NCBI GenBank assembly: GCA_963664015.2
Contig: CAXXLF010000001.1
Span: 800,001-864,000 of the forward strand
Length of the DNA: 64,000 nt
Direction of reading: 5' to 3'
Source of the DNA: Candidatus Binatia bacterium
Lineage (GTDB): Bacteria; Desulfobacterota; Binatia; UBA9968; CAXXLF01
Shown piece after piece: positions 40,734-50,854 of the stretch. The first letter of the stretch is position 1. Every line of letters begins with the position of its first letter. A model generated the notes under the pieces. It searched no databases. It was given only the letters and a program-made list of their open reading frames with translations, and had not been told where the DNA came from. A program made the translations under genes and the position numbers.

Positions 40734-41204
40734 GTGACTGTCGATTCCAAGACAACGGCTCTGCTCGTCTTGGATCTGAACGCCCGATGCGAAGACCCGA
40801 AGCAGGTATGCCATAAGCTGGTGGAACCGGTGGCAAAACTCCTTGTCCGAGTACGAAATGCGGGGATGCCAATCTTCTATACGGTCTCCCGGAGCCACAA
40901 GGGAACCCCGGAAAAAAGGATACCCAAGGCCTTCGATAAGTTTTACGGAGGAGAATTGGAGCGGATGCTCAAAGATCGTGGCATCAAAACCGTTATCGTT
41001 ACCGGCACCTCAAGCAACCAGGAGGTCCTCTATACGGCAACCTCAGCCGTCAGACCTCTAGGCTACAACGCTATCATTCCCCTGGACGGGCTCATCGCCC
41101 ACGGCGAGTATGAGCACGAGTATACTCTGCACCAATTCACGGTCCTTTCCGGGGTAGCCGACAAGTTTACCTTTACAGAGCTCGACCGGATTACTTTTAA
41201 TTAG
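40734..41204 (+). CDS. Isochorismatase/cysteine hydrolase family protein, atypical
   Basis: TALLVLD, LKDRGIKTVIVTG, VLYTA; the catalytic Cys position reads NQEV. Confidence 0.7.
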   Translation: MTVDSKTTALLVLDLNARCEDPKQVCHKLVEPVAKLLVRVRNAGMPIFYTVSRSHKGTPEKRIPKAFDKFYGGELERMLKDRGIKTVIVTGTSSNQEVLYTATSAVRPLGYNAIIPLDGLIAHGEYEHEYTLHQFTVLSGVADKFTFTELDRITFN

Positions 41205-41258
41205 TGAATTGCGGTCCGACCCAACAGCGCAACAGCGTCAGCGCACCCCAATAAACAC

Positions 41259-42224
41259 TCAAATTTTATAGCCATGCTCCCCGTACCACTGGGCCGCCCC
41301 GGGGTGCAGTGGCACGTCAAGCGGCGTCGCCTCCGTGTCCTGTCCCAACTGTCCAATCCCCGTATAGGCCCCTGCTTCCCAGGGAATCTCAGAGTTCCGG
41401 GCATCCAACGCGGCGCAGACCTTGTATACCACTTCGTCGGGAATGGAGGCACGGGTGTAGAGCGGCCAGCCGCCAAAGTCGATGCAAAGATGATCGGACG
41501 TGAGGTTCGGATACCGTCCGGCGGGAATCAGCGCCCGGCGCCATCCTAGCGCTTCCAGCTGTTGCAGGACGGCTTCCTCGATCTGGACGGGCTCCAGGCC
41601 GGCCGCCAAAGCTATTGGGACCCAGGTCCGCAGCCCCTCGTCGAAAACGGCGTCGATGGTTCCCTGTTCCAATGCGTTGAGGCGCCGCTTATCCCCCGGA
41701 CCGCCGACCAGGAACAGGCTGCCACCCCAGGACTTGATATCAGCTAGGCTAAAACCATAAGCGGCCAGTATCTGGTCCACCAGGATCCGGGTCGAATGGG
41801 CAGGGTCTTCACGGATACAGAGGCGAAGCGGAAAACGCTGCTCCTTGATCTGCGCGATAGACGACAGGCCGGTGCGCGGGTGTATTAGGCAGGCAAATCG
41901 ATCCCAGGACGGGTAGCATGCCACCACCTGTACGGGTAACGGATCGGAGAACACACCGGCCCCCCGATAGGCCTGGGTCAACATGCCCGAAGGGTTGACC
42001 ATGGCCATGTCCAGGTCCCCACGCACCACAGCCCCGGCGAGTAAGGCGGATCCCGTGGACATCTTCAGGTACGGGCGAAAACGGTCTCCGGACCCGGAAC
42101 CGACGGTGATGCACGTATCGCGATTACCCATATAGGGTTCGTTGGGATCCCCGGCAATATGAAGCCCGATTTCCCAGAGCATTTTGGCACGCTTGAAGTT
42201 GGCGCCCGATGGCAAAGATTCCAT
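41259..42224 (-). CDS. TAXI-family TRAP solute receptor-like protein
   Basis: GDLDMA, GTIDAVFDEG, IPAGRYP, IPDEVVYKV, VPLHPGAAQWY. Confidence 0.7.
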   Translation of the reverse strand: MESLPSGANFKRAKMLWEIGLHIAGDPNEPYMGNRDTCITVGSGSGDRFRPYLKMSTGSALLAGAVVRGDLDMAMVNPSGMLTQAYRGAGVFSDPLPVQVVACYPSWDRFACLIHPRTGLSSIAQIKEQRFPLRLCIREDPAHSTRILVDQILAAYGFSLADIKSWGGSLFLVGGPGDKRRLNALEQGTIDAVFDEGLRTWVPIALAAGLEPVQIEEAVLQQLEALGWRRALIPAGRYPNLTSDHLCIDFGGWPLYTRASIPDEVVYKVCAALDARNSEIPWEAGAYTGIGQLGQDTEATPLDVPLHPGAAQWYGEHGYKI

Positions 42225-42377
42225 AGTCGACCTCCTGAAGAAGAATGGTTAAACCGGTGAAGTCTACGTTCAGTCTCGGCCAGATGTCAACGCCACTGGG
42301 GCGGGGGGCCAGCAGGTTGCGGCCTGCCCTGCAGCTTTGCTACTTGTAGAGGGCTTGGGTCATCAAGTGGCGATTCC

Positions 42378-42851
42378 ATGAAACGCGAAGTGCAAGTCAC
42401 AATCAACGGCCGCAATTATCACGAGGAGGTCGAACCCCGTCAGCTCCTCTCCCACTTTCTGCGTGAAACCATTGGATTAACAGGCACCCATATCGGTTGC
42501 GTGGTTGGAGAATGCGGCGCCTGTACTGTTATTGTGAACGGCAAACTCGTAAAGTCATGTCTCCTCATAGCGGTACAGATGGAGGGGAAGGAGATCTTGA
42601 CCGTGGAAGGCATGGCCAACAACGGCGAGCTCCATGCCATCCAGGAGGCCTTCGTCCAAAAATATGGTTTCCAATGCGGCTACTGCACGCCAGGTATGAT
42701 TTTAGCGGCTCACTACTTGTTATCCCACACTCCTGAGCCCACCGATGATGAAATCCGCGAGGGACTCTCGGGAAACCTCTGTATGTGCACCGGTTACATG
42801 CAAATTGTGGAGGCAGTGAAAGAAGCTTCCAGGAGCCTCAAAAATGGCTAA
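42378..42851 (+). CDS. Mo-hydroxylase small [2Fe-2S] subunit (CoxS-like)
   Basis: GCVVGECGACTV, QCGYCTPG, GNLCMCTGY. Confidence 0.92.
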   Translation: MKREVQVTINGRNYHEEVEPRQLLSHFLRETIGLTGTHIGCVVGECGACTVIVNGKLVKSCLLIAVQMEGKEILTVEGMANNGELHAIQEAFVQKYGFQCGYCTPGMILAAHYLLSHTPEPTDDEIREGLSGNLCMCTGYMQIVEAVKEASRSLKNG

Positions 42852-45261
42852 ATATGTGGGCCAATCGACGAGAAGCAAAGAGGGTCCGCGCCATGTCTCG
42901 GGTGCTAGTTTTTTCACCGATGAAGTGAGACTTGCCGGGATGCTTCACGCGGTGATCCTAAGAAGTCCTCACGCCCACGCGCGCATTCTCAATGTGAATA
43001 CCGATGCGGCCCTTCGGGCTCCAGGAGTCATCGCCGCTTTTACTCCCCAAGAACTCAAGGAAAAGACAAAACCATTCAGACCGGGACGCTATTCAGCGGG
43101 CTTGGCGAGGCCCATTCAAGAGTACGCGGGGGCTATTAATAAGGTACGCTACTTTGGTGAGCCCGTGGCGGCGGTTGCCGCGCGAAGTCGTGCCGAGGCC
43201 GAAGATGCCCTTGAACTGATTGAAGCGGAATACGAACCGCTTTCTCCCGTGATCGAGACATCGGACGCCCTTCGACCGGACTCGCCACCCATTTTCGAAG
43301 AACTGGGCTCCAACAGGGCCTGGACAGGCACCCTGACCTACGGTGACATCGAGGGCGCCTTTAAACAGGCGGACAGGATCGTCGCAGAGAAGCTTAAGAT
43401 TCATCGCTACAGCTCCACACCCCTCGAGCCCTTGGCCTGTGTGGCTTCTTTTGACGCAGCGAGCAAAAAACTAACCGTTTGGGTCAACGCCCAGGTCCCG
43501 GACAACATTTACGACGCTCTCAGGGACGCCTTTGGGCTGGATGATGTCCGCGTGATCATTCCGGACATCGGTGGAGGTTTTGGGCAAAAAATCCATTTGA
43601 TCAAAAACTACGCTGTCCTCACCAGTTTCCTCGCTATCAAGAGTCATCGCCCGGTCAAGTGGATTGAAGACCGGACCGAGCACATGATGGCTGCGGGCCA
43701 TTCCTGCCAACAGGAGTTTGAGGTTGAAGCCGCCGTCAAAAAGGACGGGACGGTTTTGGGACTCAAGTTCAAAGAGTACGATGACGTTGGAGGATCCGTC
43801 AGCACGCTCACAATTCACTTCACGAATAAGCTGAACAACCTCACCAACACCTATAAGGTGAAGGCCATTTCGATGGAGGGTAACTCCCTTATCACAAATA
43901 AATGTCCCGTGATTCCTAACAGAGGCATTGGCAAGCCGGCCATGTGCTTTGTGTGGGAGAGAATGATGGACAAGATTGCCGAAGAGCTGAATATGAGCCT
44001 CATTGAGGTCCGTTCGGTCAACCTGGTTCAAGCTTCCGAAATGCCATACGAAACCCCCAATGGAAATATTTATGATAGTGGCGACTACCCGGGTCTCCTG
44101 AAGCGACTGCTAGAGAAGATCGATTACGACGGCTTAAAGAAAGAGCAATCAGAGAAACGGAAGGAAGGACGACATTTGGGGATTGGTGTGGTCATCGGCG
44201 TGGAGCCGGGCGGCAGAAATGCAGCGCGCGACATGGCGGTCTTTCCCGAAATGAAACAAGTCCCAGGAGCCGGTGGAGTGAATGGCGCAACCGTCAAACT
44301 GGAAAAAAACGGCACCGTCGCTCTCTTTTTGGGATCACCCAACTGCGGTCAGTCTCATGAAACCACTAGTGCTCAGGTGACTGCAGACATCCTCGGGATC
44401 TCGCCTGACCGCATCAGCGTGACCACGCCTTTCGACAGTGATCTGGCTCCTTGGGGCGTCTCAGCAGCAAACAGCGGCAACAACTTCCATCTTTACGACA
44501 TCGGGGCTATCCATGGCGCTGCACATAAACTCAGGGAAAAGATTCTAACCCTTGCTGGGAACGTGCTTGCCACGACTCCGGAAAATCTCACCATAGAGGA
44601 TGGAGTTGTATTTGCAACTGATTCAACAGCAAAAAAAATAACCCTGACCGACTTGGGGCGACTGGCCTATAGCAACCAATCGGTGATGCCGACCGGACTC
44701 GAGGGAGGGTTACACACCACCTTTTATTACACCTACCCCCATGCACAACCCTATTTGACACCGGACGTAAACCGCAAAGTGCGAGCCCAATTTTCCTTCT
44801 CTGCGGCAGCCCACGGGGCCGTGGTGGAGATCGATACGACGACCGGGGAGGTCAAAGTCCTACGCTACGTGATCGTCAGCGACAACGGAACTATCATTAA
44901 CCCTGACGTGGTCGATGGCCAGGCCTACGGCTCGGCGGCCCATGGGATCTCCGTAGCCCTTGGTGAAGGTTTTGTGTATAGCTCGGACGGTCAGCTCCTA
45001 ACCGTAACCCTTACCGATTATGGCAAGTCCTCCGCATTGGAGACACCCAAGTTCGAGTTAGAGCACTACCCGGTACCCTCTCCGTTCAGCGCTCTGGGAC
45101 AAAAAGCAGCTGGCGAAGGGGCAGCCATACCTTCACCTGCCGCTATAGCTAGTGCCGTGGAGGACGCCTTGAAACCTATGGGGGTCAAGGTAAGGGAATT
45201 ACCATTGTCCCCCGAATCAGTCTGGCGCCTCATTCAAGATGCGAAAAGGAACTCGACATGA
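42844..45261 (+). CDS. Mo-hydroxylase large subunit (xanthine dehydrogenase/CoxL family)
   Basis: RSPHAHARI, GGGFGQK, YDSGDY, GQSHET, KAAGEG; active-site loop PNRGIGKP. Confidence 0.9.
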   Translation: MAKYVGQSTRSKEGPRHVSGASFFTDEVRLAGMLHAVILRSPHAHARILNVNTDAALRAPGVIAAFTPQELKEKTKPFRPGRYSAGLARPIQEYAGAINKVRYFGEPVAAVAARSRAEAEDALELIEAEYEPLSPVIETSDALRPDSPPIFEELGSNRAWTGTLTYGDIEGAFKQADRIVAEKLKIHRYSSTPLEPLACVASFDAASKKLTVWVNAQVPDNIYDALRDAFGLDDVRVIIPDIGGGFGQKIHLIKNYAVLTSFLAIKSHRPVKWIEDRTEHMMAAGHSCQQEFEVEAAVKKDGTVLGLKFKEYDDVGGSVSTLTIHFTNKLNNLTNTYKVKAISMEGNSLITNKCPVIPNRGIGKPAMCFVWERMMDKIAEELNMSLIEVRSVNLVQASEMPYETPNGNIYDSGDYPGLLKRLLEKIDYDGLKKEQSEKRKEGRHLGIGVVIGVEPGGRNAARDMAVFPEMKQVPGAGGVNGATVKLEKNGTVALFLGSPNCGQSHETTSAQVTADILGISPDRISVTTPFDSDLAPWGVSAANSGNNFHLYDIGAIHGAAHKLREKILTLAGNVLATTPENLTIEDGVVFATDSTAKKITLTDLGRLAYSNQSVMPTGLEGGLHTTFYYTYPHAQPYLTPDVNRKVRAQFSFSAAAHGAVVEIDTTTGEVKVLRYVIVSDNGTIINPDVVDGQAYGSAAHGISVALGEGFVYSSDGQLLTVTLTDYGKSSALETPKFELEHYPVPSPFSALGQKAAGEGAAIPSPAAIASAVEDALKPMGVKVRELPLSPESVWRLIQDAKRNST

Positions 45262-46118
45262 TTCCATGCGCCTTTGATTATGAGGCTCCAACTTCTCTGG
45301 AAGAAGCCCTCTCGCTCCTTTCCACCCGTGGTCACGAAGCGAAACTCCTCGCCGGCGGCCAGAGTCTCCTGCCCTTGATGAAACTACGCTTTGCCCGGCC
45401 TCGGATCGTTATCGACCTGGGTGGTATATCCGGGTTGCGGGGTATTCGCCGTGACGGAGATCAGATCGCCATCGGGGCCTTGACGAGCTACAGCGAAATC
45501 GTTGAATCGGAACTCCTGCGCTCCCACTGTGCACTGCTCCCCCAAACGGCAGTCACAGTCGGCGATGTTCAGGTCCGTAATCAGGGTACCCTCGGCGGGG
45601 CCTTGGCCCACGCGGATCCGGCCGCTGATATGCCAGCGGCGATCGCAGCCCTGGACGCTAACCTCAAAATCGTCGGCCCAAAGGGGGAGAGAATCGTCAA
45701 GGCTCATGATTTTTTTGTCGCGATGCTGACCACCAACCTTGCCCGCGATGAGATCCTAACCGAAATCCGGGTTCCCCGACTGGAACAAACGCGATGCACC
45801 TACGTGAAGGCTGCCAAGAGGGCTTCCGGCTTTGCCATCGTTGGCATAGCGGTGCGCCTTCGGACATCAGCTGATAGAGTCTGTGAGGAGATCGCCGTCG
45901 GCCTGACCGGGATCACCGACCGGCCGCACCGGGCCGAAACCGTGGAAAGCATGTTGAGGGGAAAGAGACTCGACCGGCAACTCATCGAGCAGGCCGCCCT
46001 TGAAGTAACCCGGGGGTTGGACGTGACCGCCGATATAAACGGCTCATCCGAATACCGCTCACACCTGACCCGTGTCCACATGGCTCGCGCCCTCCATGCG
46101 GTGAGCGGGGATACCTGA
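45258..46118 (+). CDS. Mo-hydroxylase FAD subunit (CoxM-like)
   Basis: AGGQSLLP, VRNQGTLGG, HADPAAD, EYRSHL. Confidence 0.92.
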   Translation: MIPCAFDYEAPTSLEEALSLLSTRGHEAKLLAGGQSLLPLMKLRFARPRIVIDLGGISGLRGIRRDGDQIAIGALTSYSEIVESELLRSHCALLPQTAVTVGDVQVRNQGTLGGALAHADPAADMPAAIAALDANLKIVGPKGERIVKAHDFFVAMLTTNLARDEILTEIRVPRLEQTRCTYVKAAKRASGFAIVGIAVRLRTSADRVCEEIAVGLTGITDRPHRAETVESMLRGKRLDRQLIEQAALEVTRGLDVTADINGSSEYRSHLTRVHMARALHAVSGDT

Positions 46119-46184
46119 TCAATCATTTGGAAGACAAAAGAAGGGGAAGGAGTCGACTTCGAGGTCTGGTCTAGATGGATCGAC

Positions 46185-46510
46185 CTATCGGTTGAGCTCC
46201 TCTTTAGCGTGCTGTATACGGATTTGAATAGCGCGCTTTCCGATTTCCGCCGCTTCCCGCAGCCGCTTCATATTCAATAAGAGGTGGGCATAACCCTCCA
46301 GAATCAACCCCACCTGGGGATGTTCCGCTCCCTGTTTTTTCTCTGAGATCTTCAAAGCACGCAGGTAAATGGGCTCAGCCTCACTACAACGGTTCTATGC
46401 GCGGTAAAGGTCGGCAAGGTTGCTGAGAACGAGGGCAACCTGAGGATGTTCGGCACCGAGGATCTTTTCAGTAATCTCGAGGGTCCGTAAATAAAACGGC
46501 TCCGACTCAC
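46185..46510 (-). pseudogene. TPR (kinesin light chain-like) protein remnant
   Basis: Fragments EAEPIYLRALKISEKKQGAEHPQV and GAEHPQVALVLSNLADLY, broken by frameshifts; 5' limit approximate. Confidence 0.55.
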
Positions 46511-46791
46511 TTCGGCTCCCTTGGGTCTTACTGGCACGAAAACTCCTCCCACCCCAAATAAGCACCCTTACAATTCAAGCACTTCGATAGTGTCCTCAGC
46601 ATCGGGACGATGACAAAAATCGCTAATGTGACATAGATTGAGACGATTCTAATGCATTGATACTGGCACTTGTGCGGTGGCGGTGAGCGACCGTTGACGG
46701 ACCTTTTGGGGAACCGTCCTTGACTTCGCCCATGGGACAGCCGACTCCAACTTCGGAAAAATCAACCTTGGAATAAAATGGAGGTGAGTCG

Positions 46792-46820
46792 TTGACAGGA
46801 GTCGCGGTCCCGACTATGAA
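46792..46820 (+). promoter_or_regulatory. Sigma70-like promoter
   Basis: TTGACA-17 nt-TATGAA. Confidence 0.5.
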
Positions 46821-46934
46821 TGGTTTGACCTGGGCGCCCCATGGCCGTTAGCCCAGTGCATATCAGGCCATGGGACACGAAAATGGGCATTGCCGTAACG
46901 GTTATACCAGGAGCCGTAAGGAAGAAACCGAGCC

Positions 46935-47171
46935 ATGAGCGGCTCTCAGATATTGAATACTAAAATTCCCGTCAAATGGTCCAACTTCTGGAATAGCCAG
47001 AAAATGTTTCCCTTACTCGTCGACCCGGCCATTGATGAAGATTGTTTTACGTTTAACGATAATGAAGTCACCTTCTTCACCGATCCGCCCCCTCGGAAGA
47101 AAATCGCTACCGGCGCCTTATCGGGCAAAGGTCCTTCTGGGGTCTTCCTGAATCTGCTAGAAGAATTTTAA
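46935..47171 (+). CDS. Hypothetical protein
   Basis: 78-aa ORF downstream of a promoter and structured leader; no family recognised. Confidence 0.35.
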   Translation: MSGSQILNTKIPVKWSNFWNSQKMFPLLVDPAIDEDCFTFNDNEVTFFTDPPPRKKIATGALSGKGPSGVFLNLLEEF

Positions 47172-47369
47172 CCAAAAAGAAACGCCCCGCCGATAGTTGA
47201 TTCTCAACCAGGCGTTCCCGCTCGCCATACGAGTCCAATCCACTGCAGGGCGTTATAAAGCCCTGTTTCCAAGGGCGACCCAGCTTGAGGTACAACACAA
47301 TACGGTATACAATCCGCCTCTGTTCTTTCCTATCAACACTAAATAAAGATTAAAGGAGGGATCCCATTC

Positions 47370-48134
47370 ATGGCCGTAGCAAACAAAGATTTCGATCAGC
47401 AGGTCGTCCTGATTTCCGGCGGAGCCATGGGGATTGGCCGGGCCACGGCGCAGCTCTTCGCAGAGCGCGGTGCCCAGATCGCCTTTTTTGATATCAGAGA
47501 AGCCGAGGGCCGGAATTTTATAGAGGAGCTTCAAGGCAAGGGGACCAAGGCCTCATTCTACCCATGCGACGTGACTCGCCGTACCGATGTGGAGCGCGGG
47601 GTCCAGGGGGCTCTCAAGGATTTTGGTCAGGTCGATGTTTTGGTTAATGTGGCAGGCGGATCCAAACTCACTCCCATCTGGGAGTTGACCGAAGAAGATT
47701 GGGACGCCCAGGTGAACCTGAACCTCAAGGCCGCCTTTCTGTGCGTTCGAACCGTGATCCCCCATATGATGGAGCGGCGCAAAGGCAGTATTGTCAGCTT
47801 ATCGTCCGGTCAAGGGGCTTCACCCGCGCCGGGGCGCGCTCCGTATTCGGCGGCCAAGGCTGGTATCATCGGTTTTACGCGGACAGTAGCTACCGAATTG
47901 GGCCCCTATGGGATTCGAGTCAACGCCGTGGCGCCGGGGGCCACAAAGACCGAGCGAACTCTAGCAGCCGAAGCCGCCACTGGCGAGATGGCGAAGCGTG
48001 TTGCTACCATTCCGTTGGGCCACATCGCCGAACCCAAGGACATCGGAAACGCAGTGGTCTTTCTGGCCAGTGAGCAGGCACGTCACATGACCGGTCAGGT
48101 CCTATTCGTTAACGGCGGAAATTTCATGCCCTGA
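47370..48134 (+). CDS. Short-chain dehydrogenase/reductase (FabG-like)
   Basis: SGGAMGIG, NVAG, YSAAK, NAVAPG, TGQVLFVNGG; RBS AAGGAGG. Confidence 0.92.
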   Translation: MAVANKDFDQQVVLISGGAMGIGRATAQLFAERGAQIAFFDIREAEGRNFIEELQGKGTKASFYPCDVTRRTDVERGVQGALKDFGQVDVLVNVAGGSKLTPIWELTEEDWDAQVNLNLKAAFLCVRTVIPHMMERRKGSIVSLSSGQGASPAPGRAPYSAAKAGIIGFTRTVATELGPYGIRVNAVAPGATKTERTLAAEAATGEMAKRVATIPLGHIAEPKDIGNAVVFLASEQARHMTGQVLFVNGGNFMP

Positions 48135-48155
48135 TGCAAGGACACCCTTGCCTTT

Positions 48156-49040
48156 CTAAATCACCCGCCTCCTTAAATAAGCGCTGAGGTAGTCTACGGC
48201 CGTTACCAGGACATACAGGGCAATCAGAAGGGTCAAGAGTTGATGGCCCCAAAAAAGGCTGATGGCAACGTGAATTCTCTGACCCAGCCCACCCGCCCCG
48301 ACAAACCCGAGCACCGCAGCGATGCGGATATTCACCTCCCAACGATAGAGAATGTAGGAGACAAACTGAGGCAGCACCTGGGGCAGAATGCCGTAAAACA
48401 GGATCTGCATTCGGGTGGCACCCATGGATTGAAGGGACTCGATGGGCTGAGGGTCGACGTCTTCCAGGACCTCCGCAAAGAGTTTACCCAAGACCCCTCC
48501 TGTATGCACCCCCAGGGCGAGTACCCCAGGGAAGGGGCCGAGGCCAACCAGAAAAACAAAGATCAACGCCCAGACCATTTCCGGGACCGTGCGCAGAAAG
48601 TTTAAAATCCCTTTTGCTATTAGGTAAGGGAACATACGCGCCAAACGCTTCCAGCGCCCAATTCCCTCCATCTCATAGAGCAAACCTGAATAAACCAGAT
48701 TTCTGGAGGCAAAGAAGACCAACAACAGGGCAATGACCGTGGCCATTAGAATCCCCACGAACGATATAGCGAAGGTCTCCATCGCGCCCACCGCGGCATC
48801 GACAAGCACCCCTTGGGACAGATCCGGCGGGAACAGCCCCTTGATGTAGACAAAGATCTGTCCGGCTCCATCCTGGCTAAACAATTGCCCAAGGCGGACT
48901 TCCGACCCTTGATAACTCCAAACGAATAACGCGGCGAGGAGCGCTAAAAAGAAATAAACTCGCAGCGATACCCCACGGGATACCCGATATTGATTCCACG
49001 GCTGATCCGTGTTGGTTGTCCTCAAGGGACCATTACTCAT
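48156..49040 (-). CDS. phnE: PhnE-type ABC permease
   Basis: RTVPEMVWALIFV..GLGPFPG, GKLFAE, YRWEVNIR, GAGGLG. Confidence 0.85.
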   Translation of the reverse strand: MSNGPLRTTNTDQPWNQYRVSRGVSLRVYFFLALLAALFVWSYQGSEVRLGQLFSQDGAGQIFVYIKGLFPPDLSQGVLVDAAVGAMETFAISFVGILMATVIALLLVFFASRNLVYSGLLYEMEGIGRWKRLARMFPYLIAKGILNFLRTVPEMVWALIFVFLVGLGPFPGVLALGVHTGGVLGKLFAEVLEDVDPQPIESLQSMGATRMQILFYGILPQVLPQFVSYILYRWEVNIRIAAVLGFVGAGGLGQRIHVAISLFWGHQLLTLLIALYVLVTAVDYLSAYLRRRVI

Positions 49041-49876
49041 AAAAGACCCCGTATCTTGGCGCTGATGTAGTCTGCGGCTGAAACCAATATAAAAAGCATC
49101 CCCAAGAGCGTCAGCACTTCGTGAAAATTAAACATACGCATGGATATCTCAATCTGCTGGCCCAGTCCTCCCGCACCCACCAAACCTAAAATGGCTGATG
49201 TCCGCACCGCGCACTCCCATCGATAAAGGGTATAGGAAACAAAATTGGGCAGCACCTGAGGGAACCAGCCGTAGAAAAAGATCTGTAACTTGCCGGCACC
49301 TGTGGACTGGAGCGCCTCCAGCGGCCGGGTATTCACCGACTCAAAAATTTCCGCGTAGACCTTTCCCAGCATCCCTCCGTATGCCACCCCGATGGCGAGA
49401 ACGCCCGGAAAAGGTCCCAGACCGACAGCACGCACAAACATAAAGGCCCATACGAACTCGGGTATGCAACGGAACAGGCTGAGAACAGCGCGGGCAAGGG
49501 AGTAAATCGCTACCCTCAGGCTATAACGCCTTATGGAACCCTGAACATCAGCTTCATTGAGGACACCTCGAAAAAGCAACGTACTGGTGGCCAGGAGTCC
49601 TAGGGGAAATCCGATCACCACAGCAATCAGGGTCCCCATAACCGAAATCTGAACGGTTTCCATGGCAGGGCCGACCATGGTGGAGAGAAAGTCCCAGGAG
49701 AGTTCCGGTGGAAACATTCCGCTGACAAAACCCCAAAAATGCTCCCTTCCCTCTTTTTCAAAAAAGAATAGAAAATTGACTTCCGCCCGCCGCCAACTAT
49801 CCACTAGGGCAACGACAAAGAATATTCCGAAGATGTAGGGGAAATAAGAGGTTTGTCGTTTATCCAGCTCGACCAT
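49037..49876 (-). CDS. phnE: PhnE-type ABC permease
   Basis: RCIPEFVWA, GLGPFPG, LYRWECAVR, GAGGLG. Confidence 0.85.
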   Translation of the reverse strand: MVELDKRQTSYFPYIFGIFFVVALVDSWRRAEVNFLFFFEKEGREHFWGFVSGMFPPELSWDFLSTMVGPAMETVQISVMGTLIAVVIGFPLGLLATSTLLFRGVLNEADVQGSIRRYSLRVAIYSLARAVLSLFRCIPEFVWAFMFVRAVGLGPFPGVLAIGVAYGGMLGKVYAEIFESVNTRPLEALQSTGAGKLQIFFYGWFPQVLPNFVSYTLYRWECAVRTSAILGLVGAGGLGQQIEISMRMFNFHEVLTLLGMLFILVSAADYISAKIRGLL

Positions 49877-50035
49877 GTTTAATCCGGAGGCTTACGTAGG
49901 GAAGAGGTCCACGCCCTTGGAAAAGTTGCCCCATCAGGAACTGGGGATAGCCCTTCTTAGTACGGTCATAGACTCGGGGTCAATAATTCTCGAGGACGAA
50001 TATCCGATTAGCATCGAAAAACAGAGTATTGACCT

Positions 50036-50839
50036 TTAGCTACAAACGCGTGGGGTGTGCTTCCTGGTTAGAGATTCCTCTTGCCCGTTTTCGGGGAGAT
50101 GTCCCGAATAGAGTTCCTCTAGCAGATCGTCGCTCACCTGATCGGGGGCAAGATCGAAAAGGGGCTTTCCGTTTTTGATACCGATAATTCGGGGGAAGTA
50201 AGACAGGGCTAGTTCAATACCATGGAGATTGACCATGAGGGTCTTTTGCATGTTCTGACTGATTCCGATCAGCAATTTCACGATGCTCGAGGCCAGCGAC
50301 GGGTCCACTGAGGAAACCGGCTCGTCTGCAAGAATGACCTCCGGGTCCTGGACCAATACCCGGGCGATAGCCACTCTCTGCTGCTGTCCTCCGGAAAGTT
50401 CATCGGTCCGGCAAAAAATCTTGTCCTCTATACCGACATCCTTGAGCGCCTCATAGGCTCTCTCGATGTCCACTGGCCGGACAAGCGACGCAATAGAGCG
50501 AGCCAGGGACCAGCGGCCGAGCTGTCCGCACAGGACATTGTGGACCACCTTCAAACGCGGGACCAGATTGTGCTGTTGATAAATCGTCCCTATCTTGCGC
50601 CGAACCTCCCTGAGTCTCGAGCCGTGCAGATTCCCGGTTTCGTCCCCGTTGATCCAAAGCTGGCCCGATGAGGGGCGCAAGGTGCAGTTGAGCATGCGAA
50701 AGAGGGTGGTCTTACCTGCCCCGCTGGGACCGATCAAGGCCACCCTCTCCCCCTTCTTTACGTTTAGACTGATGTCGCTAACGGCAACTTGACGCTGGGC
50801 AAATTCCTTGGCGACACCTTCCAGGCGATACTGATACAT
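50036..50839 (-). CDS. phnC: PhnC-type ABC ATP-binding protein
   Basis: GPSGAGKTT, LSGGQQQRVAIAR, LADEPVSSVDP, NLH. Confidence 0.88.
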   Translation of the reverse strand: MYQYRLEGVAKEFAQRQVAVSDISLNVKKGERVALIGPSGAGKTTLFRMLNCTLRPSSGQLWINGDETGNLHGSRLREVRRKIGTIYQQHNLVPRLKVVHNVLCGQLGRWSLARSIASLVRPVDIERAYEALKDVGIEDKIFCRTDELSGGQQQRVAIARVLVQDPEVILADEPVSSVDPSLASSIVKLLIGISQNMQKTLMVNLHGIELALSYFPRIIGIKNGKPLFDLAPDQVSDDLLEELYSGHLPENGQEESLTRKHTPRVCS

Positions 50840-50854
50840 ATACCTAGCTCAATC

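Noticed and set aside
42378-46118. Aerobic CO dehydrogenase (coxSLM)
   Set aside because: Lacks the AYxCSFR loop, the gene order is S-L-M, and there are no coxDEFG accessory genes.
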